DNA of 64,000 nucleotides from Octopus vulgaris (Eukaryota): NCBI GenBank assembly GCA_951406725.2, contig OX597831.1, positions 17,980,001 to 18,044,000 of the forward strand, read 5' to 3'. Shown piece by piece: positions 52,320 to 64,000 of this stretch (position 1 is its first letter; each line of letters starts with the position of its first letter). The notes under the pieces were generated by a model. It saw only the letters and a program-made list of their open reading frames with translations, ran no database searches and was not told where the DNA came from. The position numbers and the translations under genes were made by a program.

Positions 52320-53050
52320 AAACACGAGGTGTGTATGCAAAGCCTTGAGGCTCAAAAAAGGAAATCATGTTAGGAAACTGCTGATGATTAATTTCTCAAA
52401 ATACTCCCTCCCACCCCACGCGATGGCTGAACAGTTTCTCCAGCGATGATGAATCGCCATTATACCGGCGTAGAAGATCTCTTTTGTTGGAGATGCCAAA
52501 AAATTTGTATGATGCCATTTTCACTGGCAAACTGTCGACCAGCCAGAGCTTTTTACATTTTCGGGGGAACTGATGAAAATCAGAGGGGGCGAAGTCTTGC
52601 GAATAAGACGGGTGGGGAACAAGTTCGTATTCACAATCACGAATTGTTGCCATGACTACCACTAAAGTGTGGGCTGCAGCATCGTCGTGATGAAAAATAA
52701 ATCTTCTGATGAACATTCTCAGCTATGTTTCTTTGATTGCTTCTCGAAGGCGTTTCTCAAGCTGAGAATAACGCAGCCATTTTATTTTGACAATGTTCAA
52801 TATAATCGAGAATCCCCCACCGAAAAAACAACACGGTAATTTATGACAGCACGATTCTCAATTTTCTCGTATTCCTTTTAAACTCGAGCGTTGTATATTC
52901 AAAAATTTGAAACAAAAAATAGAAACATCAGAATCATGAAAATGAGTAAAAATATTCCGCAAAGCCTGTAGTTAAGAGAAAAATTGCTTCCGCTACCTAC
53001 CAGCAGCGTTTCAATGTTACGCTGAAAACTTTTCTTACGACCTTTCTATA
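52320..53050 (-). mobile_element. Mariner transposon remnant
   Basis: FHHDDAAAHT...ELVPHPSYSQDFAPSDF is a degenerate DD34D domain. Confidence 0.8.
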
Positions 53051-53075
53051 CATACATACACAGACACAGACAGAC

Positions 53076-53135
<60 letters not shown>

Positions 53136-53329
53136 ACACACACACACATATATACAGACAGGTTTTCGAAACATGCCTTTGTACACATTTATATTCTCCT
53201 CCCATTACTGAAAGCTGAAGAGTTATCTCCCGTACCCACAAAAAACCATAATTATGATAGCATGTTACCTCCCTTTATTTATCTACTTGTGAAGTCAATC
53301 AATCGTGAATTTCATCCCACACAACATGG

Positions 53330-53429
53330 NNNNNNNNNNNNNNNNNNNNNNNNNNNNNNNNNNNNNNNNNNNNNNNNNNNNNNNNNNNNNNNNNNNNNNN
53401 NNNNNNNNNNNNNNNNNNNNNNNNNNNNN
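53330..53429. other. Assembly gap (100 N)
   Basis: Run of N; true size unknown. Confidence 1.
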
Positions 53430-53767
53430 TCCATGCCGGCAGGCACCTTTCAGGTAGAACCTACATACCCGTGTGCGCTGCTTGTTTCCATCCTTTTTGG
53501 CATATGGACCGTTAGGTTTGCCTCTGTCCCTGGCTGCCTTGTCCCTTGGCTTTGTCTGAGTTTTAGCTTCAGTTTTTCCTCTTTTTTGGCCTCTTCATCT
53601 CCATGTCCACGGCTTTTGGAGCCGGTAGGAGCATCCGTACCTGGGTTCACCTCCCGGGCAGGCCTATCGTTGGAGTTTTCTTCCTGGGCGTCCACCAGGG
53701 TGGGGGTGACCCTCCTCATCTGCGCCCACGTCTCCATATATACATATATACATATATCCATATATAC

Positions 53768-53850
<83 letters not shown>

Positions 53851-53852
53851 TA

Positions 53853-53890
<38 letters not shown>

Positions 53891-54040
53891 GTGTGAGAGA
53901 GAGAGAGAGAGAGAGAGAGACTGAGACAGAAATACATACACACATTTATATGAATTGTGTTTAGAATGTGATAAAGATTGATAGATAGATTTTATGATAT
54001 TTCGATATAGTATCTATCTCAAAAAAAATGTATTTCATAC

Positions 54041-54143
54041 CCGCAGTCTTTCCTGCTGGATAAATACTCTTTATATTGAGCACCACATTTTAGTCTTGCT
54101 ATGGCTTTGCAATCATCCCAAGTGACAAGTAGAGTTGCAGTAT
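54041..54143 (-). CDS. Cys-rich protein copy 4, exon A: TATLLVTWDDCKAIARLKCGAQYKEYLSSRKDC(G)
   Basis: Acceptor tttcactttgtag, donor GG|gtatga, 103 nt open frame. Exon B not found; an assembly gap lies just downstream. Confidence 0.8.
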
Positions 54144-54224
54144 CTACAAAGTGAAAGCAAATATATTTCTTTGTATATCGTATACGCAATCGAAAATTAT
54201 TAGATATCTTCTCAACATGTCATT

Positions 54225-54626
54225 TTTTTTTTACTTATTTCAGTCATTTGACTACGGCCATGCTGGAGAACCGCCTTTAGTTGAGCAAATGGACCCCGGG
54301 ACCTATTCTTTGTGAGCCCAGTACTTATTCTATCGGTCTCTTTTGCCGAACCGCTAAGTAACGGGGACGTAAACACACCAGCATCGGTTGTCAAGCAATG
54401 CTATGGGGAACAACACAGACACACAAACACACGCACATACACATACATACATATACATATATACGACAGGCTTCTTTCAGTTTCCGTCTACCAAATCCAC
54501 TCACAAGGCATTGGTCGGCCCGGGGCTATAGGAGAAGACACGTGCCCAAGATGCCACGCAGTGGAACTGAACTCGGAACCATTAGGTTGGTTAGCAACCT
54601 ACTTACCACACAGCCACTCCTGCGCC
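54225..54626 (-). mobile_element. Full-length octopus-type SINE with 20-bp target-site duplication
   Basis: tatcttctcaacatgtcatt (54205-54224) and tatcttcacaacatgtcatt (54627-54646); head ggcgcaggagtggctgtgtggtaag. Confidence 0.93.
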
Positions 54627-56137
54627 TATCTTCACAACATGTCATTATTTATTTTTAACAAATTTTGAGGGAAAAGGAAGACTTAGGATTTTGAATAGTA
54701 TTACGGATTCTCATAACTAACAGGTAATACATTTTTATCCCGTTCCCATCTACCTTTCATTTCGCATTATTTGATAAAAAAACCCATAGAGATTATATAT
54801 TGTAATTAAAATTGACAGCAGTTTTAAGATTATGATAAATGATAGAGCATTGTTAAAACCTTAAGTAGATAGAATGATGCAAATATATTATAAAGTATAA
54901 CTGCAAATTTTAGTTATTAAATTACATTTTATAAATTGTTCATTAAACAAAATTATAAACACAAGTACCTGATTATAGGAGCTATGACAAATTTGATTAA
55001 ATTTAATCAGTCATCAGACGAAGTCTATTGAGATACGCTACGATGTCTAAAGATAATTCATGCATTTTATTAAGTAAGATGAATAGGGGCGATATCGTGC
55101 GATTATACATAAGGATTGTTTTGCATCGGAATTACTGATGTCTGCAAATTTCGGTATTTTATTAATATTCAGGCTCATAAGTTCTCCCTGATTGTTGCAT
55201 TTTTTGGAGTTACTCATTTTTTTAAATTTGTAAATGGAATTTACAAATTTTACTTGCATATGATTGGTAATTGATCGAACATAACAATATATATGAGCTC
55301 TCTCTCCGTCTCTCTCTGTCACTGTCGCTCTTTCTACTTCTGTCTCTCCCTATAGATAGAAGTATATATATATGTGTGTGTATGAGTATTTGTGTGTGTG
55401 CTTTTGTTCATATATATATATATATATATGTATATGTACAAATCTCATAGACATAAATGGAAGAAACACGTATATTTCTTATCGCAGTGGCGGCATGTTG
55501 ACCTGCACCTCCTTACGACATTGAAAATTAAATTAAGGCAACCTGCTGTGAACTAGAAACGTGGTTACTCACCAGTACGAATGTTTCGCTCCCCTTGTAT
55601 ATGTTTGTATGTATTTATGCATGTACATATGTGTGTGTTTGTGCATGCGTATGTGTAAATAATTCCAGGCAGTTATATCCTTTCAGATTGTATAATCCAA
55701 GCATTTGTCTTGTTTAATCCGTAACAAATAATGCGATAATCATTGATACATGGTCAGGATTATTGAAATTATCAATGTTGGGGTAAGCAAGAGGAAAAAA
55801 AATGGAGAATGAATAGATGTAATTAAAAATTTCTTTGTATGTTACAAAACCATTTCACTAAAAAAAGATTTAAAAAACAGGATTATGTATAAATTTAAAG
55901 CTCAAGATAAATTAAAATACAAAAACTCCTACATATATTTTCAGTCGTATATCATCTAGCTGATAGAAATTTTGAAGCATTTATTTTAATCCTAGGAAAC
56001 TTTGCCATATTCCAACGATATGGCGAGAGGAATACTTCGGGGTTGATACATAGCTCATGGAAGTTGGGTCAGCATTTTTCCTTAAAAGTTGAAATCTAAA
56101 GATTGAAAGAGTATTTGTTTGGTGCGATTTAAATAGT

Positions 56138-56195
<58 letters not shown>

Positions 56196-56211
56196 TAGAT
56201 AGATAGATAGG

Positions 56212-56275
<64 letters not shown>

Positions 56276-56292
56276 GAGACAGACAGATAGAC

Positions 56293-56381
<89 letters not shown>

Positions 56382-56741
56382 AGAGATCCTAATCAATAAC
56401 GGTTGGTAACTAAGGTTTAGCAGACACGCATTATAACGTTCATATAAAAACGTTTTGATCCATCCTACATAATGATCGTGTCACTAAATTAATAAAATTA
56501 TCTAATGGTGTTATTAATTTTTAGAAACTTCATCTGAGTTTTATTTATTTATTTTATTTTGTATTAGTATCATTTTTATTCCTTTTAATACCTTAAATTT
56601 GTTTATATATTTATCTTTGTTTTGTTTTATATTTGTAAAATTTTTACTGTCATTTTTATATTATTTTATTTGAAGCTTACTTTTACTTTTTTATGGATAA
56701 GTTATGTATTTATATTTTTCTCGATTTGGAATCATAATATA

Positions 56742-57184
56742 TAGGCGTTGGAGTGGCTGTGTGGTAAGTAGCTTGCTTATGAAACACATGGTTCCGGGTT
56801 CAGTCCCAATGCTTGGAACATTCTACTGTACCTTCGCGCCGACCAAAGGCTTGTGAGTGGATTTGGTAGACAGAAGTTGAAAGAAGCCCGTCGAATAAAT
56901 AAATAAATATATATATATATATGTATATATATAAATAAATAAATAAAAAAAAAAAAATATATATATATATATATATGCACGTATTTGTGTGTTTACCGAT
57001 GTTGATGTGTTTACGTCCTCGTAATTAGTGGCGGCAGTAGAAAGCGACATATTAATTACTAGTCTTACAACAAATAAGTCCTGGGGTCTTATTTTTTGTC
57101 GATTTATTCGACTAAAGGCTGTGCTCCAGCATGACTGCGGTCAAATGACTGAAACAAGTAAAGGAGTAAAAGAGTAAAAGAGTA
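56742..57184 (+). mobile_element. Octopus-type SINE
   Basis: ggagtggctgtgtggtaagtagcttgc head and repeated gagtaaaa tail. Confidence 0.88.
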
Positions 57185-57229
57185 TGCAGTTTGCTCTATA
57201 AATATATCTCTGGCTATATATATATCTAA

Positions 57230-57312
<83 letters not shown>

Positions 57313-57359
57313 ACTATCTATCTATCTATCTATCAATGTATCTATCTATCTATCTATCT

Positions 57360-57401
<42 letters not shown>

Positions 57402-57408
57402 ATCCATG

Positions 57409-57476
<68 letters not shown>

Positions 57477-57480
57477 AATG

Positions 57481-57577
<97 letters not shown>

Positions 57578-57578
57578 A

Positions 57579-57634
<56 letters not shown>

Positions 57635-57662
57635 AATGTATCTATATATATCTATCTATCTA

Positions 57663-57698
<36 letters not shown>

Positions 57699-57703
<5 letters not shown>

Positions 57704-58818
57704 CGCTTGTTTCAGCTCACAGCTGCGGCCACGCTGATGCACCGCCGTTTTGTATTACACTATTATTACGAAGAACCTCCTCTAATATGTGACACTTGGT
57801 GAAGAATGGAGTTTGACATAGCTAATCTCATTTGCACCTCTTGCCGTGAGGTAGGTACATCTGGGACTCTCGACAGGAAGATGTCCAGCTTTGATTTAAA
57901 GACCGCTACATCTACTTTGTTCCTCAGATTCGTTGGCAGAATATTAAAAGGCTGTGGGCCCTTGAAACCCAGGCTGTTGCAGAAGCTGGTCCTGAAACGT
58001 GATGGCATTGCTGGGATCTTCGGCACTATGCAGTGTCGTCCCGTTCTAGCATTGGTGTATCTTACAATGCCAAAATTTGGCACAATTCCTTCCAGGATCT
58101 TCCAGACATATATTACTGCATACCACTCCCGTCTTCTCTCCAGGTAGTAGAGTCTTAGCTGTTTCAAACTTTCCCAGTAGCTGAGCTGTTCCAAAGAGAC
58201 GATCTTCTTTGTGAATCTTCTCTGGATTGCTTCAAGGTCCGCTGTTAATTTTACACTGGTGGGTGACCATAGCTGTGAGCAGTACTCCAGGCGGCTAAGG
58301 ACTAAGTTCCGCCAGAGGACATATCATGGTTTCTTTATCTCTGGTTCTGAATGATCTTAGGATCCTTCCAGACAGTCGTCTGCACTTTGTATAATCCGAG
58401 TAATGTACACTTGGAAAGAAGTATCATCACTCATGTCGATACCCAGGTCCCTCACAGACTTAGGCTCTGGGATTGAAATTCCTTGTGGACCGGTGTATCC
58501 TGTAAGTTTAATATTCAGTTTTGGATGCTGGTAGCGCAGGGCCTGGAATTTTTCAGCATTAAACTGCATATTTTTATCCTCAGCCCATCTGTAGATTGAG
58601 TCAAACTCCTGCTGCAGGTGTGCAATATCGCTGGGGTTCTGTATTTTCTGCGAGACTTTCGTATCATCTGCATATCTTGCCAGAGTGGCTATCCGGCCAT
58701 TTGGGGGCATATCTGAGAGGGCCACTATAAAAAGCAGTGGTCCGAAGACAGTGCCCTGTGGATCACCGCTCACTATATGTGCGTTCATAGAGGTGGCTCC
58801 ATTAACCACTACTGCCTG
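57699..58818 (-). mobile_element. 5'-truncated LINE of a second CR1-like family
   Basis: SGDPQGTVFGPLLF, YADDT, RDLGI and LERRREWYAVIYVWKI motifs. Confidence 0.9.
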
Positions 58819-58967
58819 AAGTTATGTAACCACACTCCAAGTTTTGTTTTCGGTCCTTCCTTTTTCTACTGTTTTTCTAATTTCTCATTTCTTTGTAGGA
58901 CCACTGGTATAGGGGGGGCTTCCGGTTTCTGCTCCCTTGGCTCCCCTAACCTTCACAACATCGTCGT

Positions 58968-59198
58968 TCACTTGCCACAATAATTTTCAACTATGTTATC
59001 CAATGTTTTGATGTGTGGTCTTATAAGCATGTAAGACCGGATAAATTCACCTTTCTTTCGCTCTATTTGGTCAATGGTTCTATGAAATCCATTGTTCTTT
59101 AGCGCGGCAGTGATGATGTTGTTCGGCGGATCGCCACTAGCAATTGTCCATGCTCTTAGCAGAAGATCTAACTCTTTCTTTTCCCACCTTGGTGCCAT
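58968..59198 (-). CDS. 76-aa Myb/SANT-like (trihelix-type) DNA-binding ORF, probably transposon-derived
   Basis: MAPRWEKKELDLLLRAW...IITAALKNNGFHRTIDQIERKK...Y fits the W-x3-E-x3-LL-x2-W...GF-x-RT-x2-Q-x3-K pattern. Confidence 0.55.
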   Translation of the reverse strand: MAPRWEKKELDLLLRAWTIASGDPPNNIITAALKNNGFHRTIDQIERKKGEFIRSYMLIRPHIKTLDNIVENYCGK

Positions 59199-59610
59199 CT
59201 TCGTTTTGAAGTCAAGAGGGGTAGCAGAGGCTAGAGAGGCAATGAGGGATAGAGAGAGGTAGAGAGGGAGAAACACAGAGGGGGGAAATAGGGAAACAGA
59301 GAGGGAGATAGGAAGGAAAGAGAGAGGTGATATACAAGAAATAGAGAGGATGATATGAGAAATGCAAGGGGGTGTTGTGTGTTAAAGAGATAGTGGAAGG
59401 TAGGGAAAAGGGACAGAAGGGGAATAGAAGGAGAGAGAGAATGAAGGAGAAGATGGGAAGAGAAAGAGAAGGAGAGTGAAGGAGAGGAGGGGAAAAGAAA
59501 GAGAAACAGAAGTGGGAGAGGATAGCAAGAGAAAGAATGACAGAGTGAAGGAGAGACAGGATGAAGGATGTGAGAGAGAGGGAGGGACGAAGTGAGAAGA
59601 ATGGGCGAAT

Positions 59611-60450
59611 GTTAGTTAGTTAGTTAGTTAGTTAGTTAATTTGGCTCAAAAGCAAATAGCAAGGCCATGTAGGGGGACATGGAGTTAGGAACAGGGTGGT
59701 GTTAATGTAAAGAGTTCAGGCCACTTGAGGTCAAGTGAGGCTTTAAACAAAGCGTTCGTCGGCATCTTTACCATCTCGTCTGGCAGTTTGTTTCACGGAT
59801 CCGCAACCCGGACGGAGAAAGCTCCTCTCCTTCGATTGAGATGAAATCGTCGCAGGTTGAGCTTTTCGGAATGACCCCGCAGCCGACGCTCTTGAGCAGG
59901 AGTGAAGAACATCTCTTTCGAGAGGTTACACTTTCCGCTTATGATGTTGTGGGCGAGAATGAGATCGACACGGCGGCGGCGTTTTTCAAGAGAATAAAGG
60001 TCGAGCGTCCTCAGCCTTTCTTCGTAGGACAAATTTTTGAGACCATGAACCATGCGGGTAGCCAGATTCTGGACTCTTTCGAGATGTTGTATGTTTTTGA
60101 GGAGATCAGGAGAAGAGGCTTGAATCCCATACTCCAATATGGGTCTCACCAGCGTGACATAGAGTGGTAGGAATATGGCTGCTGTGAGCATTCCGAATGA
60201 CCGTCGAATCAAGAACAGAATTCCGCGTGCTTTGTTGGCAGCATGGACGCACTGCCCGAAGGCAAAAAGGAGGAATCCACCAAGATACCCATGTCCTTTA
60301 CCTAATCGGTCCTCTCCAGCAGCAGACGACCCGGCTCGAAATCAAGTTGAGTTGGAGGAGTAGAGACGACAGGCAGATGACAGCACTTTGACACGTTCAG
60401 ACACAGGTCCCACTTCCAAATTTGGTGGAGGCATCGACGAAGATCCTCTA
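59611..60450 (-). mobile_element. 5'-truncated copy of the CR1 family
   Basis: Closely matches 6929-7772; (CTAA)n tail. Confidence 0.93.
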
Positions 60451-61452
60451 TATTACCTATATATCCTCTATATATATAATGAGAACTATATGAGAGAGGG
60501 TGAGGTGACGAGAGGAGAGGTAGATGTGAGATGGAAAGGAAAGAGAAATGAGAGAAGAGGAGGATATGAAAGTGGGGAGAGAGATGAGAAAAAGAGTAAG
60601 ATATGCAAGAGAGAGGGAAAAGGTAAGCGTAAAGAGAGATAAAGGAAGGGAGAAAGGAGCTAGTAGTGGGGGAGTATATGTAAGGGAGAAGAGAGGTGGT
60701 AGAAGAGGGTGGGGAAATGAATGAATTATTTAATTCTAAACTAATTACGATTATATTTCTCAGTCGTTAGCTTAAATTACAGGAAAATAAACAAATGAAA
60801 AGGATTTTTAAATATTAGTTTTATAGAGATAGAAGGAATTTACGTTAAAATTATGATTATTATATTTCTAGCTCAGTCGTAGCTCACAGGAAAATAAACA
60901 TACGAAAAGAATTTCTAAATGTTAGTTTTATAGAGATGAAATGAATGATGGATTGAAAGCAAAACAGAAATTGAAAGTAAGTTATCTCAGAATGTAAACA
61001 AAGATGGCGTCGTAAATCGTAACTGTGACGTTAGCTTACATTAAAGGAACATAAAAAATAATAAACAAAAATATGAAAACGATACTTATCGTAAAAGGTA
61101 CAGTCCAAACTCTCGTGCTTGTACGAAGAAGTTTTCTTTCAAAACAGAAAAGAGAACATTTTTTTTCCTTCTTACATTTGGTTGGAGATAAATTAATGAC
61201 TTGCCACCACGTGCTTTTCGGCAAAGAATGTAGCTTGTGTAACTAAATTTAATGTCTTATATTTCGCTTCAAGCGAAATATATTACGTTCTTAATTAAAA
61301 TATTTTTAATTAATGCATTTTGGTAGACCGTTATGAGTTAACATGTTCTAGGTTTTTTTAGATTTAGTAGATTAATTCGTCGATTTATGCAAATCTATTT
61401 GTTTTTTCACAGAGCAAAAGCAAACGCGTCTTTCCTCTACGAAAACCGGAAG

Positions 61453-61560
<108 letters not shown>

Positions 61561-61911
61561 CAAAAAACAACTTTTAGATTAAATCACGATGTTGGGACTA
61601 TAAACTTTAAGCTTTATTTACCACATTCATGCACAGAAAAATACGTACATACGCACATACATACACTGATAAATGAACTCTATATCATCCCCAAGGAATT
61701 TCTCCACTATGTAGATGGAACGTGGCATGTATGTACATAACAATGTGCTTGGATCTACATAAATATGTGTAAAGAGACACATAGAAATCTATACTTAATC
61801 ACACAAATAGTTATTCTAAACACACATCGATGGGTATATTTGTACAACATATGATAATACGCACACACATATATCTGATCACACACACAAACACACACAA
61901 ACATATATATA

Positions 61912-61956
<45 letters not shown>

Positions 61957-62135
61957 ATAATAAATATTAGGGAATAAATCCAAATTTACAGGGAAAAAAA
62001 TCAGATTTAGGATTAAATCCAATTTTATAGTAAAATATTATAAAATATTATTAGAGACAAAACCACTATTTTGCAAAACAAACAAGGAAAGACTTAATCA
62101 ATACATAAAATTTTAATAAATAGTCAAAAAAACCG

Positions 62136-62178
62136 CCACTACAATCGTTTCTTGTCTTGATCGACAATCTTCAGGTGG
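62136..62178 (-). ncRNA. Type I minimal hammerhead ribozyme motif (inverted copy)
   Basis: Exact reverse complement of 62222-62264. Confidence 0.8.
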
Positions 62179-62221
62179 ACTTCAATAAGTCAGTTATAAT
62201 TTGAAACTGACTTATTGAAGT

Positions 62222-62264
62222 CCACCTGAAGATTGTCGATCAAGACAAGAAACGATTGTAGTGG
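62222..62264 (+). ncRNA. Type I minimal hammerhead ribozyme motif
   Basis: ccac-CTGAAGA-ttgtc(gatcaa)gacaa-GAAAC-gatt-GTA-gtgg: helix I, CUGANGA box, helix II, GAAAC, minimal helix III and a GUA cleavage triplet. Confidence 0.8.
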
Positions 62265-62351
62265 CGTTTTTTTTGACTATTTATTAAAATTTTATGTATT
62301 GATTAAGTCTTTCCTTGTTTGTTTTGCAAAATAGTGGTTTTGTCTCTAATA

Positions 62352-62412
<61 letters not shown>

Positions 62413-63057
62413 GTATGTATATTATTAATTTTATGATATATTATTTAATAATAATCTCTGTATATATAAACAAATAAATAATAAATAATGAATTAATACG
62501 GAAAAGTGGAATAAATTAAAAAGAATGAAAATAATTATGCTAGAAAGGAAGATAGTGATTAGATTAGAAATTTAAAAAATCAGTGCTATTTGAGAATGAG
62601 GGTTAAGAATTATACGACATTATGCTTCTGTGTTGTTATGTATGCAAATGGATAGAGGAAAAAATATGTCATACAATATGATTTATACGTTGATAAACGA
62701 AGAAGATGAAACGATAAAAATTAGTTTTTGGGATGGGAATTATTAGTGGCATTTGTAATATTTAAGAGTGTGAAAACGGGAGAAAACGACGACGTATTAA
62801 ATTAAACAATAGTTAGGATAAAAATATATAATATGTTCCTCGGCGATAATATATAGTTGTAAATTTTGCTCCAGTGCAAAAGAAAAAAGAAAGGATTATA
62901 TACGACGATCAACGTATTTATTTATATTAAGAATTGTGGACGATAGTTTACTACGATGCATTAGAATTAAGTAGTATGCGCACCGGCTTAAATATATATA
63001 TACAGAAGAAATAAAACTGTTCGGAAGAATACACTGCTTAACTATAGCGATGAAACA

Positions 63058-63282
63058 TTGTAAAAGGATAGCGGATAATTGCAAAAGGATAGCGGATAAT
63101 TGCAAAAGGATAGCGGATAATTGCAAAAGGATAGCGGATAATTGCAAAAGGATAGCGGATAATTGCAAAAGGATAGCGGATAATTGCAAAAGGATAGCGG
63201 ATAATTGCAAAAGGATAGCGGATAATTGCAAAGGGATAGCGGATAATTGCAAAGGGATAGCGGATAATTGCAAAAGGATAGC
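63058..63282 (+). repeat. 21-bp minisatellite (ttgcaaaaggatagcggataa) x ~10.7
   Basis: Head-to-tail near-identical units with no spacers. Confidence 0.97.
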
Positions 63283-64000
63283 TGGTAGTATTCTAGTTCA
63301 AGTTCTAATTAATATGTGGTATATAGATAGAATAACGATCTAAGTGAATTTAATGGTAGAAAATGAACAACAAAATGTGATATCAATAATACCCAAGTGT
63401 TAGGAAGTAGGAGAGAAACATAGCAACGCTCTCGCTTAAATATTGTTTATAGTAAACAATATTTAAGCTTAAATATTTATTGTCAAAGTTAACCAAGATG
63501 AGAACGAAAAACAAAATGAAGAAGGCGGTGATATAAATTCTATATTTCTAATTATATGTTATGGTAATTCACTGAGCTTTAAATTCATTAGTACTGTTAA
63601 ATAATAGCTTTCAAATATTGTCATCTTTTTGTAACATACAAATAGATTAACAGCATCCATCCATTCACCATTTACTTTCTATTGTTTCCCCCCCACACAC
63701 ACATATATATATATACATATATACACATATATACATACTACATGCATATATATATGAATATATATAGGCGCAGGAGTGGCTGTGTGGTACGTAGCTTGCT
63801 TACATGTTGCTTCTGCGCATGTGCGAGTCAGTGTTGTGTTTGGCACTGATGCGGTGAAGACGTGCTTTTGAAGCCTCCTTGAATTGAAATATTTTGAAGC
63901 CCCATTGTAATGTAAGATTCTGTTTTCTGGATCCAGTTGAAATTTTTGTTGAACATTGTTTTTTACAGGCAGGAAGTCCTACTGGATCCAGAATTCTGAT

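Larger units (their letters stand above)
62040..62360. repeat. Near-perfect inverted repeat (arms about 155 bp, short spacer) in a TA tract
   Basis: 62040-62195 is the reverse complement of 62205-62360 with one visible mismatch. Confidence 0.95.

Noticed and set aside
52993-53045. Phase-compatible exon candidate KVVRKVFSVTLKRC for copy 4
   Set aside because: It coincides with the apparent end of a mariner remnant, has no pyrimidine tract and does not resemble exon B.
63050-63343. ORF with CKRIADN heptad repeats, or a CRISPR-like array
   Set aside because: A pure 21-bp tandem minisatellite without spacers. It is open on both strands by construction, with no splice or signal context.

Overview
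This is AT-rich, repeat-dense animal genomic DNA. The SINE, R4/Dong and CR1 families and the TA/GATA/TAA microsatellites resemble Octopus (cephalopod) sequence; that assignment is inferred. Most ORFs in the supplied track are microsatellite or antisense artefacts. Among the transposon debris is a minus-strand tandem array of four paralogous multi-exon genes for a small, probably secreted, cysteine-rich protein that I do not recognise. The most complete copy (copy 3) splices with consistent phases: signal exon 46136-46172, exon A 39433-39538 and exon B 36794-36881. It gives MKILIFIALLISHAASECSFWGICNRFARYACPEQLRYTVGSHSRGCAGFKDLLACLTRDISWQCHDAFKKHSGCYQ plus an unresolved last exon. Paralogous exons lie at 2669-2798, 13118-13202, 17600-17702 and 54041-54143. 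Their inter-cysteine residues diverge strongly while intron blocks stay alignable. Also present: a full-length CR1-type LINE whose empty site survives in a paralog, stacked R4/Dong LINEs in (TAA)n, an ORF1-only tandem element with covarying RNA hairpins, palindromic TA-tract inserts carrying hammerhead ribozyme motifs, several Tc1/mariner relics, Helitron fragments and a short Myb/SANT-like ORF.
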